A stretch of 64,000 bases of DNA from Acidobacteriota bacterium (GTDB lineage Bacteria; Acidobacteriota; Terriglobia; Terriglobales; SCQP01), in contig JAKASR010000004.1 of assembly GCA_021818955.1 (NCBI GenBank), positions 100,365 through 164,364 of the forward strand, written 5' to 3'. Positions 16,838 to 26,205 of this stretch are shown here, in pieces (positions within the stretch are counted from its first letter, which is position 1; every line of letters begins with the position of its first letter). The notes beneath the pieces were generated by a model. That model was not told where the DNA came from, ran no database searches, and was given only the letters and a program-made list of their open reading frames with translations. A program made the translations under genes and the position numbers.

Positions 16838-18226
16838 ATGCCTATTCCGTCCAAAACTTTCTGGATCGAGACCTTTGGCTGCCAGATGAATGTGCATGAT
16901 TCCGAGCGGGTAGCGGGCACGCTGTCCGCGCGCGGCTACACTCCGGTCGAGCGGATGGAAGACGCCGGCCTGATCCTGTTCAACACCTGCAGCATTCGCG
17001 ACAAAGCCGCGCAGAAAGTCTTCAGCCGATTGTCGCAATACAAAGCCTTGCATCGCGAAGGCCGGGTTTTCGGCGTGCTCGGCTGCGTCGCGCAGCAGGA
17101 AGGCGAAGCGCTGTTTCGCCGCGCCCCGCACGTCAGCCTGGTGGCGGGCTCGGCCAGCTATCCGCGGCTGCCGGAACTGCTCGCGCGCCTGGAAGCGGGC
17201 GAGCATCGCGTCACCGGCCTGGACCCGGCCAGCGAGGAAGCTTTTGAAACCGAACTGACGCGCCGCGACCACCCCTTCCGCGCCTGGCTCACCATTATTG
17301 AAGGCTGTGACAAGCACTGCGCCTACTGTATTGTTCCTTACACGCGCGGGGGCGAGCGCAGCCGCGCCAGCGCGGCCATCCTGCGCGAAGCCCGCATGCT
17401 GGCCGACACCGGTTACACCGAAATTCAACTGCTAGGCCAGAATGTCAATTCCTATCGCGATCCCAGTCCGGCCGGCCTGAGTTTCGCCGAGCTGCTGGCG
17501 GCGGTGGCGGAAACTCCCGGGCTGAAGCGAGTGCGCTACACCACCTCGCATCCGCGCGATTTCAGCGCCGAAATTGTGCGCGTGATGGGCGACCACCCCA
17601 CGCTCTGCGATCACGTTCACCTACCTTCGCAATCCGGCTCGGACGAGGTGTTGCGGCGCATGCGGCGGGAATACACGCGCGCCGAATACCTGGAAAAAAT
17701 CGCGCTGATCCGTGGTTGCCGCCGGCCGCTGGCCATCACCACCGACCTGATCGTCGGTTTTCCCGGAGAAAACGAGCGCGATTTCGAGCAGACGATGAGC
17801 CTGATCGAGGAAGTGCATTATTCGGGCACATTCATCTTTCAATATTCGCCCCGCCCGCACACCGAAGCCGGCGCCTGGGGCGAGACCGAGGCCGTGCCGG
17901 ATGCCGTGAAAATCGAACGACTAATGGCGCTGCAACGCCGGCAGCAGGAGATCCAGGCCGCCGACAATCAAGCTTGGGTGGGCCGCCCGGTCGAGGTCAT
18001 GATCGAGGCTTATCAAACCAAACTAGCGCAGTGGAGCGGACGCGCCAGCTCGAACCGGGTGGTGAATTTTAGCGGCGATGGCCGGGTAGAAGCCACGGCG
18101 CCGGGGGCGTTGCCGGTTTACCGGCCGCTGCGGCCGGGCGAATATGCCTGGGTGCGGATATTGCGCGCGGGCGCCAACAGCCTGGTGGGCGAACAGATCG
18201 CGGCTCCGCCGGCCGCCAATGCCTGA
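16838..18226 (+). CDS. miaB: tRNA-2-methylthio-N6-dimethylallyladenosine synthase MiaB
   Basis: FWIETFGCQMNVHDSE (UPF0004 domain), radical-SAM cluster GCDKHCAYCIVPYTRG, C-terminal TRAM-like region. Confidence 0.9.
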   Translation: MPIPSKTFWIETFGCQMNVHDSERVAGTLSARGYTPVERMEDAGLILFNTCSIRDKAAQKVFSRLSQYKALHREGRVFGVLGCVAQQEGEALFRRAPHVSLVAGSASYPRLPELLARLEAGEHRVTGLDPASEEAFETELTRRDHPFRAWLTIIEGCDKHCAYCIVPYTRGGERSRASAAILREARMLADTGYTEIQLLGQNVNSYRDPSPAGLSFAELLAAVAETPGLKRVRYTTSHPRDFSAEIVRVMGDHPTLCDHVHLPSQSGSDEVLRRMRREYTRAEYLEKIALIRGCRRPLAITTDLIVGFPGENERDFEQTMSLIEEVHYSGTFIFQYSPRPHTEAGAWGETEAVPDAVKIERLMALQRRQQEIQAADNQAWVGRPVEVMIEAYQTKLAQWSGRASSNRVVNFSGDGRVEATAPGALPVYRPLRPGEYAWVRILRAGANSLVGEQIAAPPAANA

Positions 18227-18246
18227 TGGCTTGAAAGGGGAAGGCC

Positions 18247-18732
18247 ATGGAAATCGAGATGAAAATCCGCGGCTTGATGATGGATGCCAGCACCAATACG
18301 CCCATCGTCATTTTGCGCGATGCCGAAGGCAAAGCCGTGCTCCCCATCTGGGTCGGCATTTATGAGGCGAATGCGATCGCGCTGGAAATTGAAAAAATCG
18401 CCACGCCCCGGCCCATGACACATGACCTGATCAAACAACTGCTCCTGGGCTTAAATTTCAGCATTCATAAAGTCGTGGTCAGCGAACTGAAGGACGATAC
18501 TTTTTACGCCCTCATCTGGCTCGAGCGCGAGGGCGAGATGATCGCCATGGACGCGCGTCCCAGCGACGCGCTGGCGCTGGCGCTGCGGATGGACTGCCCG
18601 ATCTACGTTGAAGACGAGGTGTTAAAAAATTCCAAAGTGGCGGCGGCCGCCGCCGATCCGGCCTCCAGCGAGGAACTGCGCCGCTGGCTGGAAAACCTGG
18701 GCGAAGATGAAACCGGCCGCTATAAAATGTGA
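18247..18732 (+). CDS. bifunctional nuclease family protein (DUF151/BFN)
   Basis: PIVILRDAEGKAVLPIWVGIYEANAIALEIE...RPMTHDL...FYALIWLEREGE...DARPSDALALALR. This is the typical BFN pattern. Confidence 0.8.
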   Translation: MEIEMKIRGLMMDASTNTPIVILRDAEGKAVLPIWVGIYEANAIALEIEKIATPRPMTHDLIKQLLLGLNFSIHKVVVSELKDDTFYALIWLEREGEMIAMDARPSDALALALRMDCPIYVEDEVLKNSKVAAAAADPASSEELRRWLENLGEDETGRYKM

Positions 18733-18783
18733 CCGCAGCGCGTTTTCTTACATTCAGCGCAGGGGCAAGCTCAATAATATGGT

Positions 18784-20019
18784 ATGAACTTGGCTATTAG
18801 CGCCGATCGCCTGTTTACTCCCGACGAAGAGATTGCGAACCCCATCCTGCTAATCCGCGACGGCCAGATCGCCGCTCTCGGACCGCGGGAGGAAGTGGCG
18901 TTGCCCGGCGGCGCCGAAGCCCGCCATTTTCCCGGAGCGGTCATCCTGCCGGGCATGCTCGATCTCCACATTCACGGCGGCGCCGGGCACGATCTGATGC
19001 GCCCGGATGAGCAGGGACGCGAGCGCTTCGAACGCCATTTATTCCGGCGGGGCGTGACCGCGTACCTGCCCACCACGATGACGGCATCCGTGGAGGCCAC
19101 GCTCAAAGCCATCGAATTTCTGGCGGACGGGATTGAGGCCGCCGGCCAGGGCGATCAAAGCACGGGCGGAGGCGCGCGCGCCCGTTTCAGCGGCCGCGCA
19201 CGTCCTCTGGGCATTCACCTGGAAGGCCCGTTCATCAGTCCGGAAAAGGCCGGCGTGCAGCCGGTGGAATACATGCAGGCGCCCTCGCCGGAGCTTTTTG
19301 AGCGGTTTTGGCAAGCCGCCCGTGGCCATATTAAGTTAATGACCGCCGCGCCCGAGTTGCCCGGCGCCGAGGAATTGATCGCCATCGCAACCCGCCGCGG
19401 CGTGACGATCAGCCTGGGGCATAGCAATGCGGATTATGAGACCGCGCGCCGCGGCATTGAAGCCGGCGCGCGCCATGCCACGCATACCTTCAATGCCATG
19501 CGCGCGCTCGAGCATCGCGCCCCCGGCATTGCCGGCGCGGTGCTGAGCGACGACCGCGCGTACGCCGAAGTCATTGCGGACGGGCTGCATGTGCATCCGG
19601 CGATCGTGAAGTTGATCGTGCGCGCCAAGGGCGAGCTTCGGAGCGTGCTGGTTACCGACGCGATCAGCGCCACCGGGCAAGGAGACGGCCGGTTTCAGCT
19701 GGGGCCGGTTGAAGTCCAGGTCGAAGGCCAGCGCTGCCTTTGGAATGGGCACCTGGCCGGCAGCGTGCTGACGCTCGATCGCGCCGTGCGCAATGTGATG
19801 GAATTCGCAGACCTGGACTTGGCGACGGCCTGGCGTATGGCCAGCGCCAACCCCGCCCGTATGCTGGGCCTGCAGCCAGCGCATGGACGGCTGCTGCCCA
19901 ACGCGCCCGCCGACCTGGTTGTGGCTAATCCGGCAGGCGAAATTCTGGCGGTTTTTGGCGAAGGGCGGCAGCTTACCGCGTTATCATCAGAGCAGACTGC
20001 GCCGGCTTCGTACTACTAG
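18784..20019 (+). CDS. nagA: N-acetylglucosamine-6-phosphate deacetylase
   Basis: Amidohydrolase HxH (PGMLDLHIHGG), HLEGPFISPEKAGVQ, SLGHSNADYE, ATHTFNAM, VTDAISA. Confidence 0.85.
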   Translation: MNLAISADRLFTPDEEIANPILLIRDGQIAALGPREEVALPGGAEARHFPGAVILPGMLDLHIHGGAGHDLMRPDEQGRERFERHLFRRGVTAYLPTTMTASVEATLKAIEFLADGIEAAGQGDQSTGGGARARFSGRARPLGIHLEGPFISPEKAGVQPVEYMQAPSPELFERFWQAARGHIKLMTAAPELPGAEELIAIATRRGVTISLGHSNADYETARRGIEAGARHATHTFNAMRALEHRAPGIAGAVLSDDRAYAEVIADGLHVHPAIVKLIVRAKGELRSVLVTDAISATGQGDGRFQLGPVEVQVEGQRCLWNGHLAGSVLTLDRAVRNVMEFADLDLATAWRMASANPARMLGLQPAHGRLLPNAPADLVVANPAGEILAVFGEGRQLTALSSEQTAPASYY

Positions 20020-20027
20020 CAGAGGGA

Positions 20028-21338
20028 TTGGCTCGAATGGATAAACTGGTCATCCGCGGCGGCGTGCCGCTGCACGGCACGATTCGCGTGGGAGGCGCAA
20101 AAAATGCCGCCCTGCCCTGCATGGCCGCCTGCCTGTTAACCGAAGACGAGTTGCTGCTCGACCAAGTACCGGACGTCCGCGATCTGCAGACGACGCGCCG
20201 CCTATTGGAAACCATGGGGGTCGAAACCGATGCCGGCAGCGGCCGGGCACGCCACCGGATGGCGCTGAAGGCACGCAACATCACCAACCCCGAAGCGGCT
20301 TACGACCTGGTCAAGACCATGCGCGCCTCAACCCTGGTGCTGGGACCCCTCCTGGCCCGCACCGGCCAAGCCCGCGTTTCCCTGCCCGGCGGCTGCGCCA
20401 TCGGCGCGCGCCCGATCAATTTGCATTTGCTCGGATTGGAAAAACTGGGCGCGCGTTTGCGCCAGGAGCACGGGTATGTGATTGCCGAGACTGACCGCCT
20501 GCGCGGCAATCACTATGTATTCGATCGCATCACCGTCACCGGCACCGAAGATGTGCTGATGGCGGCGGTGCTGGCCGAAGGCGAAACCGTGCTGGAAAAT
20601 TGCGCCCTTGAGCCGGAAGTGGTCGATCTGGCCGAGTTGCTGATTAAAATGGGCGCCAAAATCGAGGGCGCCGGCACGCCCACGCTGCGCATTCAAGGCG
20701 TTGCACGCCTACACGGCGCCAGCCATCGAATTATTCCCGACCGCATTGAAGCCGGCACCTTCATCCTGGCCGGGTTAATCACCGGCGGGCAACTCACCGT
20801 TACCGGGCTGAACCCGCTACATCTCCGCGCCTTGCTCGACCGGTTGCAGGAGGCCGGCGCCGATCTGCGCGTCGGCGCGGATGCGGTCGAAACCCATCCC
20901 AGCCCGCGCCTGCGCGGTTTGGACATCACCACCGCCGAATATCCCGGCTTCGCTACCGATCTACAGGCGCAATACATGGCCCTGATGACCCGGGCCGAAG
21001 GCACCGCCGTCATCACGGAAACCATTTTTGAAAACCGCTTCATGCACGCGCTGGAAATGGTGCGCATGGGCGCGGATATCAAAATCGAAGGCAACCGCGC
21101 CATTGTTCGCGGCCCCGCCCCGCTCACCGGCGCCGCCGTACTGGCGAGCGATCTGCGCGCCAGCGCTTCGCTGGTGCTCTCCGGGCTAGCGGCCGAAGGC
21201 GAAACCATCATCGACCGCATCTACCACATTGACCGCGGTTACGAACGCATTGAAGATAAGCTGCGCGCCGTGGGCGGCGTCATCCGCCGCATCGGCAATC
21301 TAATTCCGCAGCCGGCAAGCGCCGCGGCCAGCCTGTGA
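20028..21338 (+). CDS. murA: UDP-N-acetylglucosamine 1-carboxyvinyltransferase
   Basis: [28 protein letters not shown]-terminus. Active-site loop [19 protein letters not shown]-synthase-type fold across the whole length. Confidence 0.93.
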   Translation: MARMDKLVIRGGVPLHGTIRVGGAKNAALPCMAACLLTEDELLLDQVPDVRDLQTTRRLLETMGVETDAGSGRARHRMALKARNITNPEAAYDLVKTMRASTLVLGPLLARTGQARVSLPGGCAIGARPINLHLLGLEKLGARLRQEHGYVIAETDRLRGNHYVFDRITVTGTEDVLMAAVLAEGETVLENCALEPEVVDLAELLIKMGAKIEGAGTPTLRIQGVARLHGASHRIIPDRIEAGTFILAGLITGGQLTVTGLNPLHLRALLDRLQEAGADLRVGADAVETHPSPRLRGLDITTAEYPGFATDLQAQYMALMTRAEGTAVITETIFENRFMHALEMVRMGADIKIEGNRAIVRGPAPLTGAAVLASDLRASASLVLSGLAAEGETIIDRIYHIDRGYERIEDKLRAVGGVIRRIGNLIPQPASAAASL

Positions 21339-21468
21339 AGCACAGCCCAATTCCCTGCTCGGCAGCGTACTCAAGCGCACTGCGGCCAGCCACATAAAAC
21401 GTAAACTGGTGTGCATATTCCGGGTTATGCTAGGTGTAACTTTGTTCGGCAAGCGGCCTGAAGGTGAC

Positions 21469-22884
21469 ATGAAACGTGCACTACTAATCGGCTTGGCGGG
21501 ATGGATGGGACTAGCATCCTCGGGATGTTTTTTCGTCCATCATGCCTCGACCAACCCGCTGGCGAGTGTTCACTCAGCCCAACCCGACAAACAGCTCTTT
21601 AACCGCGCCATGGTCGCGATGGACCAAAACAAGTTCACCGTAGCGCGGTTGCTGTTACAGGCCTTGATCAACACCTATCCCGACAGCCAATACCTGGCGC
21701 GCGCCAAGATGGCAATTGGCGATAGCTGGTACCGCCAAGGCGGCGTCGAAGGCCTGGAACAGGCGGATGCCGAATACCGGGACTTCATCACCTTTTTCCC
21801 CACCATGCCGGAGGCCAGCGAGGCCCAGCTCAAGATCGCCGAAATTCAGTTCCGGCAGATTCAAAAGCCCGATCGCGACCCCACGCATGCGTATCGCGCC
21901 CAGCGCGCATTGCGCAACTTTCTGTTGAACTATCCCCACAGTCCCCTGCGCTCCCAAGCCGAGCAAATGCTGCGCGAGACCCAGGAAGTACTCGCTACCC
22001 GGGACTACCGCATCGCGAAGTTTTATTATTTGCGCGGCAACTATCGCGCCGCCCAAGGGCGGTTGAAATCCGTCATCGCGCACTATCCGCTTTTCAGCAA
22101 TGGCGATCAGGCGCTAGCCATGCTGGCGCGTTCCTACGAGATCACCTCCAGCCGTTACCGGATTGCCGCCCGATTGGATGCTTCGAATCCGGACATTAAA
22201 AAATTGCTCTTGCAGGACGCCCAACTGGATCAGAGCGACTCCATCGCATATTGGCATCACCTCATCCTGCGCTACCCCTTGAGCCCGGAGGCAAAAAATG
22301 CCGCGCAGGCGCTGGCGAAGCTGCATCGGCCGATTCCGCAGCCCAGCACGCGCGCCATTGCGTTCAACCGCGCCGAGATCCACAGCCGCACGGCTCCAAG
22401 CCGTTTGCAGGAATTGGCCGGGGTGCTGCACTCCTCCCCCATCGCCATTTTCGACCGGGCGGATAAGGTCGGAGAGCCGACATTATCCAATCAGGACATT
22501 GGCGAAGTCGTGGGAGAGTTGGCGAATAATTCAGCCAGCCCCATCGTCGTCGCCAGCAATAACAGCAATGGCCCCACCGGGCAAATTGAATTAGAAAATC
22601 TGGGCGCGGGGGGCTTAAAACCGACCGACGCGCCTACCGCGATGGAAGCTTCAAACGCCAACGATCCGAATGCCTTGCCCACCACGCCAGGAACCCCGCC
22701 AAGCCAGGGGACGCTGATCACGCCTGATGAGGAAGAACGCCAGGCGCAGCAACGCCTGCTGGCCGCTGAACTGCGCGCCAACGTTCCCAACGTGGTCAAC
22801 TATCGCAAGGTCGTCGAGCAACAGCAAAAAGAACAGGCCAAGCTGCGCTCACAGGCAAACAAGAAGCCAAATCCCAAGCAATAA
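21469..22884 (+). CDS. bamD: BamD/YfiO-like TPR lipoprotein with long low-complexity C-terminal extension
   Basis: Start moved to ATG 21469 (MKRALLIGLAGWMGLASSG|C lipobox). YfiO-like TPR region (FTVARLLLQALINTYPDSQYLARAKMAIGDSWY, AEYRDFITFFPTMPEASEAQLKIAE, YRIAKFYYLRGNYRAA). Confidence 0.7.
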   Translation: MKRALLIGLAGWMGLASSGCFFVHHASTNPLASVHSAQPDKQLFNRAMVAMDQNKFTVARLLLQALINTYPDSQYLARAKMAIGDSWYRQGGVEGLEQADAEYRDFITFFPTMPEASEAQLKIAEIQFRQIQKPDRDPTHAYRAQRALRNFLLNYPHSPLRSQAEQMLRETQEVLATRDYRIAKFYYLRGNYRAAQGRLKSVIAHYPLFSNGDQALAMLARSYEITSSRYRIAARLDASNPDIKKLLLQDAQLDQSDSIAYWHHLILRYPLSPEAKNAAQALAKLHRPIPQPSTRAIAFNRAEIHSRTAPSRLQELAGVLHSSPIAIFDRADKVGEPTLSNQDIGEVVGELANNSASPIVVASNNSNGPTGQIELENLGAGGLKPTDAPTAMEASNANDPNALPTTPGTPPSQGTLITPDEEERQAQQRLLAAELRANVPNVVNYRKVVEQQQKEQAKLRSQANKKPNPKQ

Positions 22885-22898
22885 AGCATTATCTCATC

Positions 22899-23150
22899 AA
22901 GCGTTAACGGCCGAGTCGGACAGCAGTTTTCGTCATTGGCAATTTCGGAGAAATTGCCTCGAGCTATGCCCGCAGGCCGAAGCGCGGGGTTCCGGTTAGG
23001 TCCCGCGCCTATTAACGACGATACCAAGCAATTCCGCAGGAATTGCGCCCGGCAATGCCCGGCATCCATGAGCATTCGCCCTGCGTCCGGTTTCGGCCGG
23101 ACCTTTGCGAAAGCGTTAGCGCCTAAAAGTAAAAGCGGCCGAGCCGCATT
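22899..23150 (-). repeat. hairpin-rich intergenic repeat, copy 2 (inverted; carries a 40-nt replacement insert)
   Basis: The reverse complement aligns end to end with copies 1 and 3. Segment 23021-23060 replaces a 10-nt linker and adds the hairpin GCAATTCC-tgc-GGAATTGC. Sits between the convergent stops at 22884 and 23232. Confidence 0.85.
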
Positions 23151-23231
23151 CACCGCGGGAAGCGGAAGACCGCGCAATAGCCAAAGACATCAAAAGCTGT
23201 CCGACTCGGCGGTTAGGCGGTGAGCGGCGGA

Positions 23232-23924
23232 TCAGTTCTTATTTTTTACGACGGCGTTATAGCCATCGGCCAACAGGCGCGCGCGCATGGCCGAAGCCTG
23301 CTGCAGGGTGGCATATGGCCCGACCTGCACCCGGTACAGATTTTCTCCAGCCGAAGGCACGACCACAAACACGGGGTATTGGCGGGCTTTCAACGCCGCC
23401 GCCAGACTGTAGGCATCGTTTCGCATCACGCCGGCAAATACCTGGACAACAAACGCACTGCCGGCAGCGGCATGACTCGCCGGGGTCGGGAGCGCAGGCG
23501 CCAACGGCGCAGGTTGCGCCGGCGTCGACGTTGAGGCCAGAGCCGCGCGCGTGGAGGACGGCGCCGCGGGCGGGGTGTTCGTATTGGCAACGGGCGCGAC
23601 GGTGGAAACCGGAGTTGGCGCCGGGGTCAGCATGGCGGGAGTTTTTCCCTGCTCGGCCGCGCTCAATTCGATGGGATTGGGCGGTTGCGCGCTTCCGGGA
23701 GTCAGGACGGAACTGGAGCTTGCACGCACCGGCGGCGGGGCGGGGTTCAAGGAGAACGTCTGCGGCGCCGAATGCCGGCCAATGGTATAGCCGAGCGCGT
23801 AAAACAGCCCGCAAACGACGGCTAAAATGCCCAGCAGGATCAGCAGACTCGAGGCGCGCAGCTCAAGCTGCACCTCTTTCTCTTTCCTCCGGGCAGGCCG
23901 GTCATCTTCCATGCGATAGCGCAT
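23232..23924 (-). CDS. SPOR domain-containing membrane protein
   Basis: N-terminal TM (LLILLGILAVVCGLFYALGY), a Pro/Ala/Ser-rich linker, and a C-terminal SPOR pattern FVVQVFAGVMRNDAYSLAAALKARQYPVFVVV...LYRVQVGPYATLQQASAMRARL. Confidence 0.75.
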   Translation of the reverse strand: MRYRMEDDRPARRKEKEVQLELRASSLLILLGILAVVCGLFYALGYTIGRHSAPQTFSLNPAPPPVRASSSSVLTPGSAQPPNPIELSAAEQGKTPAMLTPAPTPVSTVAPVANTNTPPAAPSSTRAALASTSTPAQPAPLAPALPTPASHAAAGSAFVVQVFAGVMRNDAYSLAAALKARQYPVFVVVPSAGENLYRVQVGPYATLQQASAMRARLLADGYNAVVKNKN

Positions 23925-23931
23925 GCGGTTA

Positions 23932-24720
23932 TTATCCTCCGCTTTGCGGCGGATTGCCGGGCTGCAGACGGGCGCCCGAGCCCAAACCGCGCATTAAGCC
24001 TTCCAGCAAGTCTATCGGCACGGGAAAGATGATAGTTGAGTTCTTTTCCGCGGCAATTTCGGAAAGTGTCTGCAAATAGCGCAACTGCAGGGTCACCGGA
24101 TGGGTGCCGATAATTTTGGCGGCATCGGCCAGGCGCTGGGAGGCGGCATACTCGCCTTCGGCATGGATGATCTTGGCGCGTTTTTCCCGTTCCGCTTCCG
24201 CCTGGCGGGCAATGGCGCGTTGCAGCCCCTCGGGCAAATCCACCGCCTTAATGGCGACATCGGTGACCTTCACGCCCCAGGGCTCGGTACGCTCGTCCAG
24301 AATCGCCTGCAGCCGCACGTTCATCTTCTCGCGTGATGACAACAGATCGTCGAATTCGACTTCCCCCAGCACCGAGCGCAGGGTGGTTTGCGCGAACTGC
24401 GAGCTGGCAAAGCGGAAATTCTGCACTTCCAATACCGACTTCAGCGGATCGATCACGCGAAAATAAACCACCGCGGTCACAGTCGCGGTCACATTATCCC
24501 GCGTAATGATGTCCTGCGGCGGCACATCGAGCGTATCCACGCGCAGCGAAACCCACACCACGCGGTCCACAAGCGGAATGATCAGCACGACGCCGGGCCC
24601 TTTCGGCCGGCCCAGCACGCGCCCCAACCGGAAAACCACCAGCCGCTCGTACTCCGGGACCACTTTGATCGCGGCAAACAGGAACAGGATTACGACCACC
24701 AGAAAGATCAAGACCGGCAT
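23932..24720 (-). CDS. SPFH/band 7 (stomatin-like) protein
   Basis: N-terminal [36 protein letters not shown], and a coiled coil [18 protein letters not shown]. Lies directly downstream of nfeD. Confidence 0.9.
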   Translation of the reverse strand: MPVLIFLVVVILFLFAAIKVVPEYERLVVFRLGRVLGRPKGPGVVLIIPLVDRVVWVSLRVDTLDVPPQDIITRDNVTATVTAVVYFRVIDPLKSVLEVQNFRFASSQFAQTTLRSVLGEVEFDDLLSSREKMNVRLQAILDERTEPWGVKVTDVAIKAVDLPEGLQRAIARQAEAEREKRAKIIHAEGEYAASQRLADAAKIIGTHPVTLQLRYLQTLSEIAAEKNSTIIFPVPIDLLEGLMRGLGSGARLQPGNPPQSGG

Positions 24721-24785
24721 AAAACCCCATCTCCTCGGCGGCTCGGAAATTGACCGAAGCTCATTCTACTCCGTTAAAGCTCGAA

Positions 24786-26150
24786 TCAATATTTTTCCGC
24801 GGCGCGCGGGGGCAGGCTTTCGGGCGCGGGTTCCACTTCCAGGCGCAAGCCGCGCACGGCGATGACGCGCACGCGCGCGCCGGCGGGCACGGGCTGAGCG
24901 GCATGAGCGCGCCAATGCTCGCCGGCCAGCAGCACATCGCCTTCCGGGGCCAGCGCCTGGCTTGTCACGGCAATCGAGCCCAGCAGCGCTTCCGACCCCG
25001 ACCAGTGCTTGGCGCGGCGGGCCAGCAAGACCAGCCGCAAAGTCAGCGTCAACAGCAGGCCTAAGGCCGCGGCCAACCCGCCCGCCTCGCCCCAGCCAAT
25101 GCGCATGGCGGGCAGAGGCGTATTAATCAAGAACACCGCTCCCAGGGTGAGGGCCACCACCCCGCCCACCGCCCAGAGCCCATGCGCGGGAAACTTGGCT
25201 TCGATCACGATCAGGATCAGGCCGAGCAACAGCAATCCGGCCGCCGCCCAGCGGATAGGAAACACCGCCATGCCCAGCAAACCCAGCGCCAGCAACAGCA
25301 CGCCGGCGACGCCGGGAACAATCACGCCGGGATGGGTGAACTCGATGTAGATGCAGATGGCGCCCGCCGCCAGCAACAGAAACGCCAGCCCCGGATCCAT
25401 ATCCAGCAGGCGCTCGCGCAGGCTCATGGCGAACGGCAGAATCCGAGCGTTCGCGGTGTCGAATTGCCCGAGCTGGCCGTCGATGCGACGAAACGGGCGG
25501 TTCTGCGCCTGGCGAAGCAGGCCGGCAAGATTAGGAGCGATGAGCTCGATCAGTTGTAGCTTGAGCGCTTCCTGATCGGTGTAGGAAGAGCTTTTCACTA
25601 CGGCCTGTTCGGCGGCATCGGCATTGCGGCCGCGGCGCGTGGCCAGCGCGCGTATATACGCGGCGGCGTCATTTTGTATTTTTTGCGCCTCGATGCCGGT
25701 GGGCTGCGGGCCGCCCAGCACGACCGGATGCGAGGCGCCGGTATTGGTGCCGGGCGCCATGGCGGCCAGATCGCAGCTTTCCAGGATAAAAAATCCGGCT
25801 GAAGCGGCGCGCGCGCCGCTGGGCGCGACATAGCCGATCACCGGTACCGGCGACCGCAAAATCGCCTCGATGATTTGCCGCATGGCGGTGTCCAGGCCGC
25901 CTGGAGTCGCCAATTCGATCACCACCGCCTGGGCATGCGTCTGGCGGGCATAACGCAGGCCATGGCGAATGTATTCCGCCGTCACCGGCAAGACAATGCC
26001 GTGCAATTTCAGCAGCACCACACGCGGGTGGGCGGCGGCGGGCGCCCCGGGCCGCCAGGCGCCGGAAGCGCACGCCAGCAGAACAACCAGGGCAAGTTCC
26101 CTGCTCCGGAAAAAGAACGTTGAACGGCGCGTGGCGGCGGGAAGATTCAT
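24786..26150 (-). CDS. NfeD-family membrane-bound serine protease (ClpP class), stomatin operon partner
   Basis: N-terminal ClpP/S49-like domain, a multi-TM middle, and a C-terminal NfeD OB-fold (GEHWRAHAAQPVPAGARVRVIAVRGLRLEVEP). Classical pairing with the downstream SPFH gene. Confidence 0.85.
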   Translation of the reverse strand: MNLPAATRRSTFFFRSRELALVVLLACASGAWRPGAPAAAHPRVVLLKLHGIVLPVTAEYIRHGLRYARQTHAQAVVIELATPGGLDTAMRQIIEAILRSPVPVIGYVAPSGARAASAGFFILESCDLAAMAPGTNTGASHPVVLGGPQPTGIEAQKIQNDAAAYIRALATRRGRNADAAEQAVVKSSSYTDQEALKLQLIELIAPNLAGLLRQAQNRPFRRIDGQLGQFDTANARILPFAMSLRERLLDMDPGLAFLLLAAGAICIYIEFTHPGVIVPGVAGVLLLALGLLGMAVFPIRWAAAGLLLLGLILIVIEAKFPAHGLWAVGGVVALTLGAVFLINTPLPAMRIGWGEAGGLAAALGLLLTLTLRLVLLARRAKHWSGSEALLGSIAVTSQALAPEGDVLLAGEHWRAHAAQPVPAGARVRVIAVRGLRLEVEPAPESLPPRAAEKY

Positions 26151-26205
26151 GAGCTATTTATCCAAATTCAATACTGCGCCGAAGCGGGCTCGCGGGGCAA
26201 CCTGG

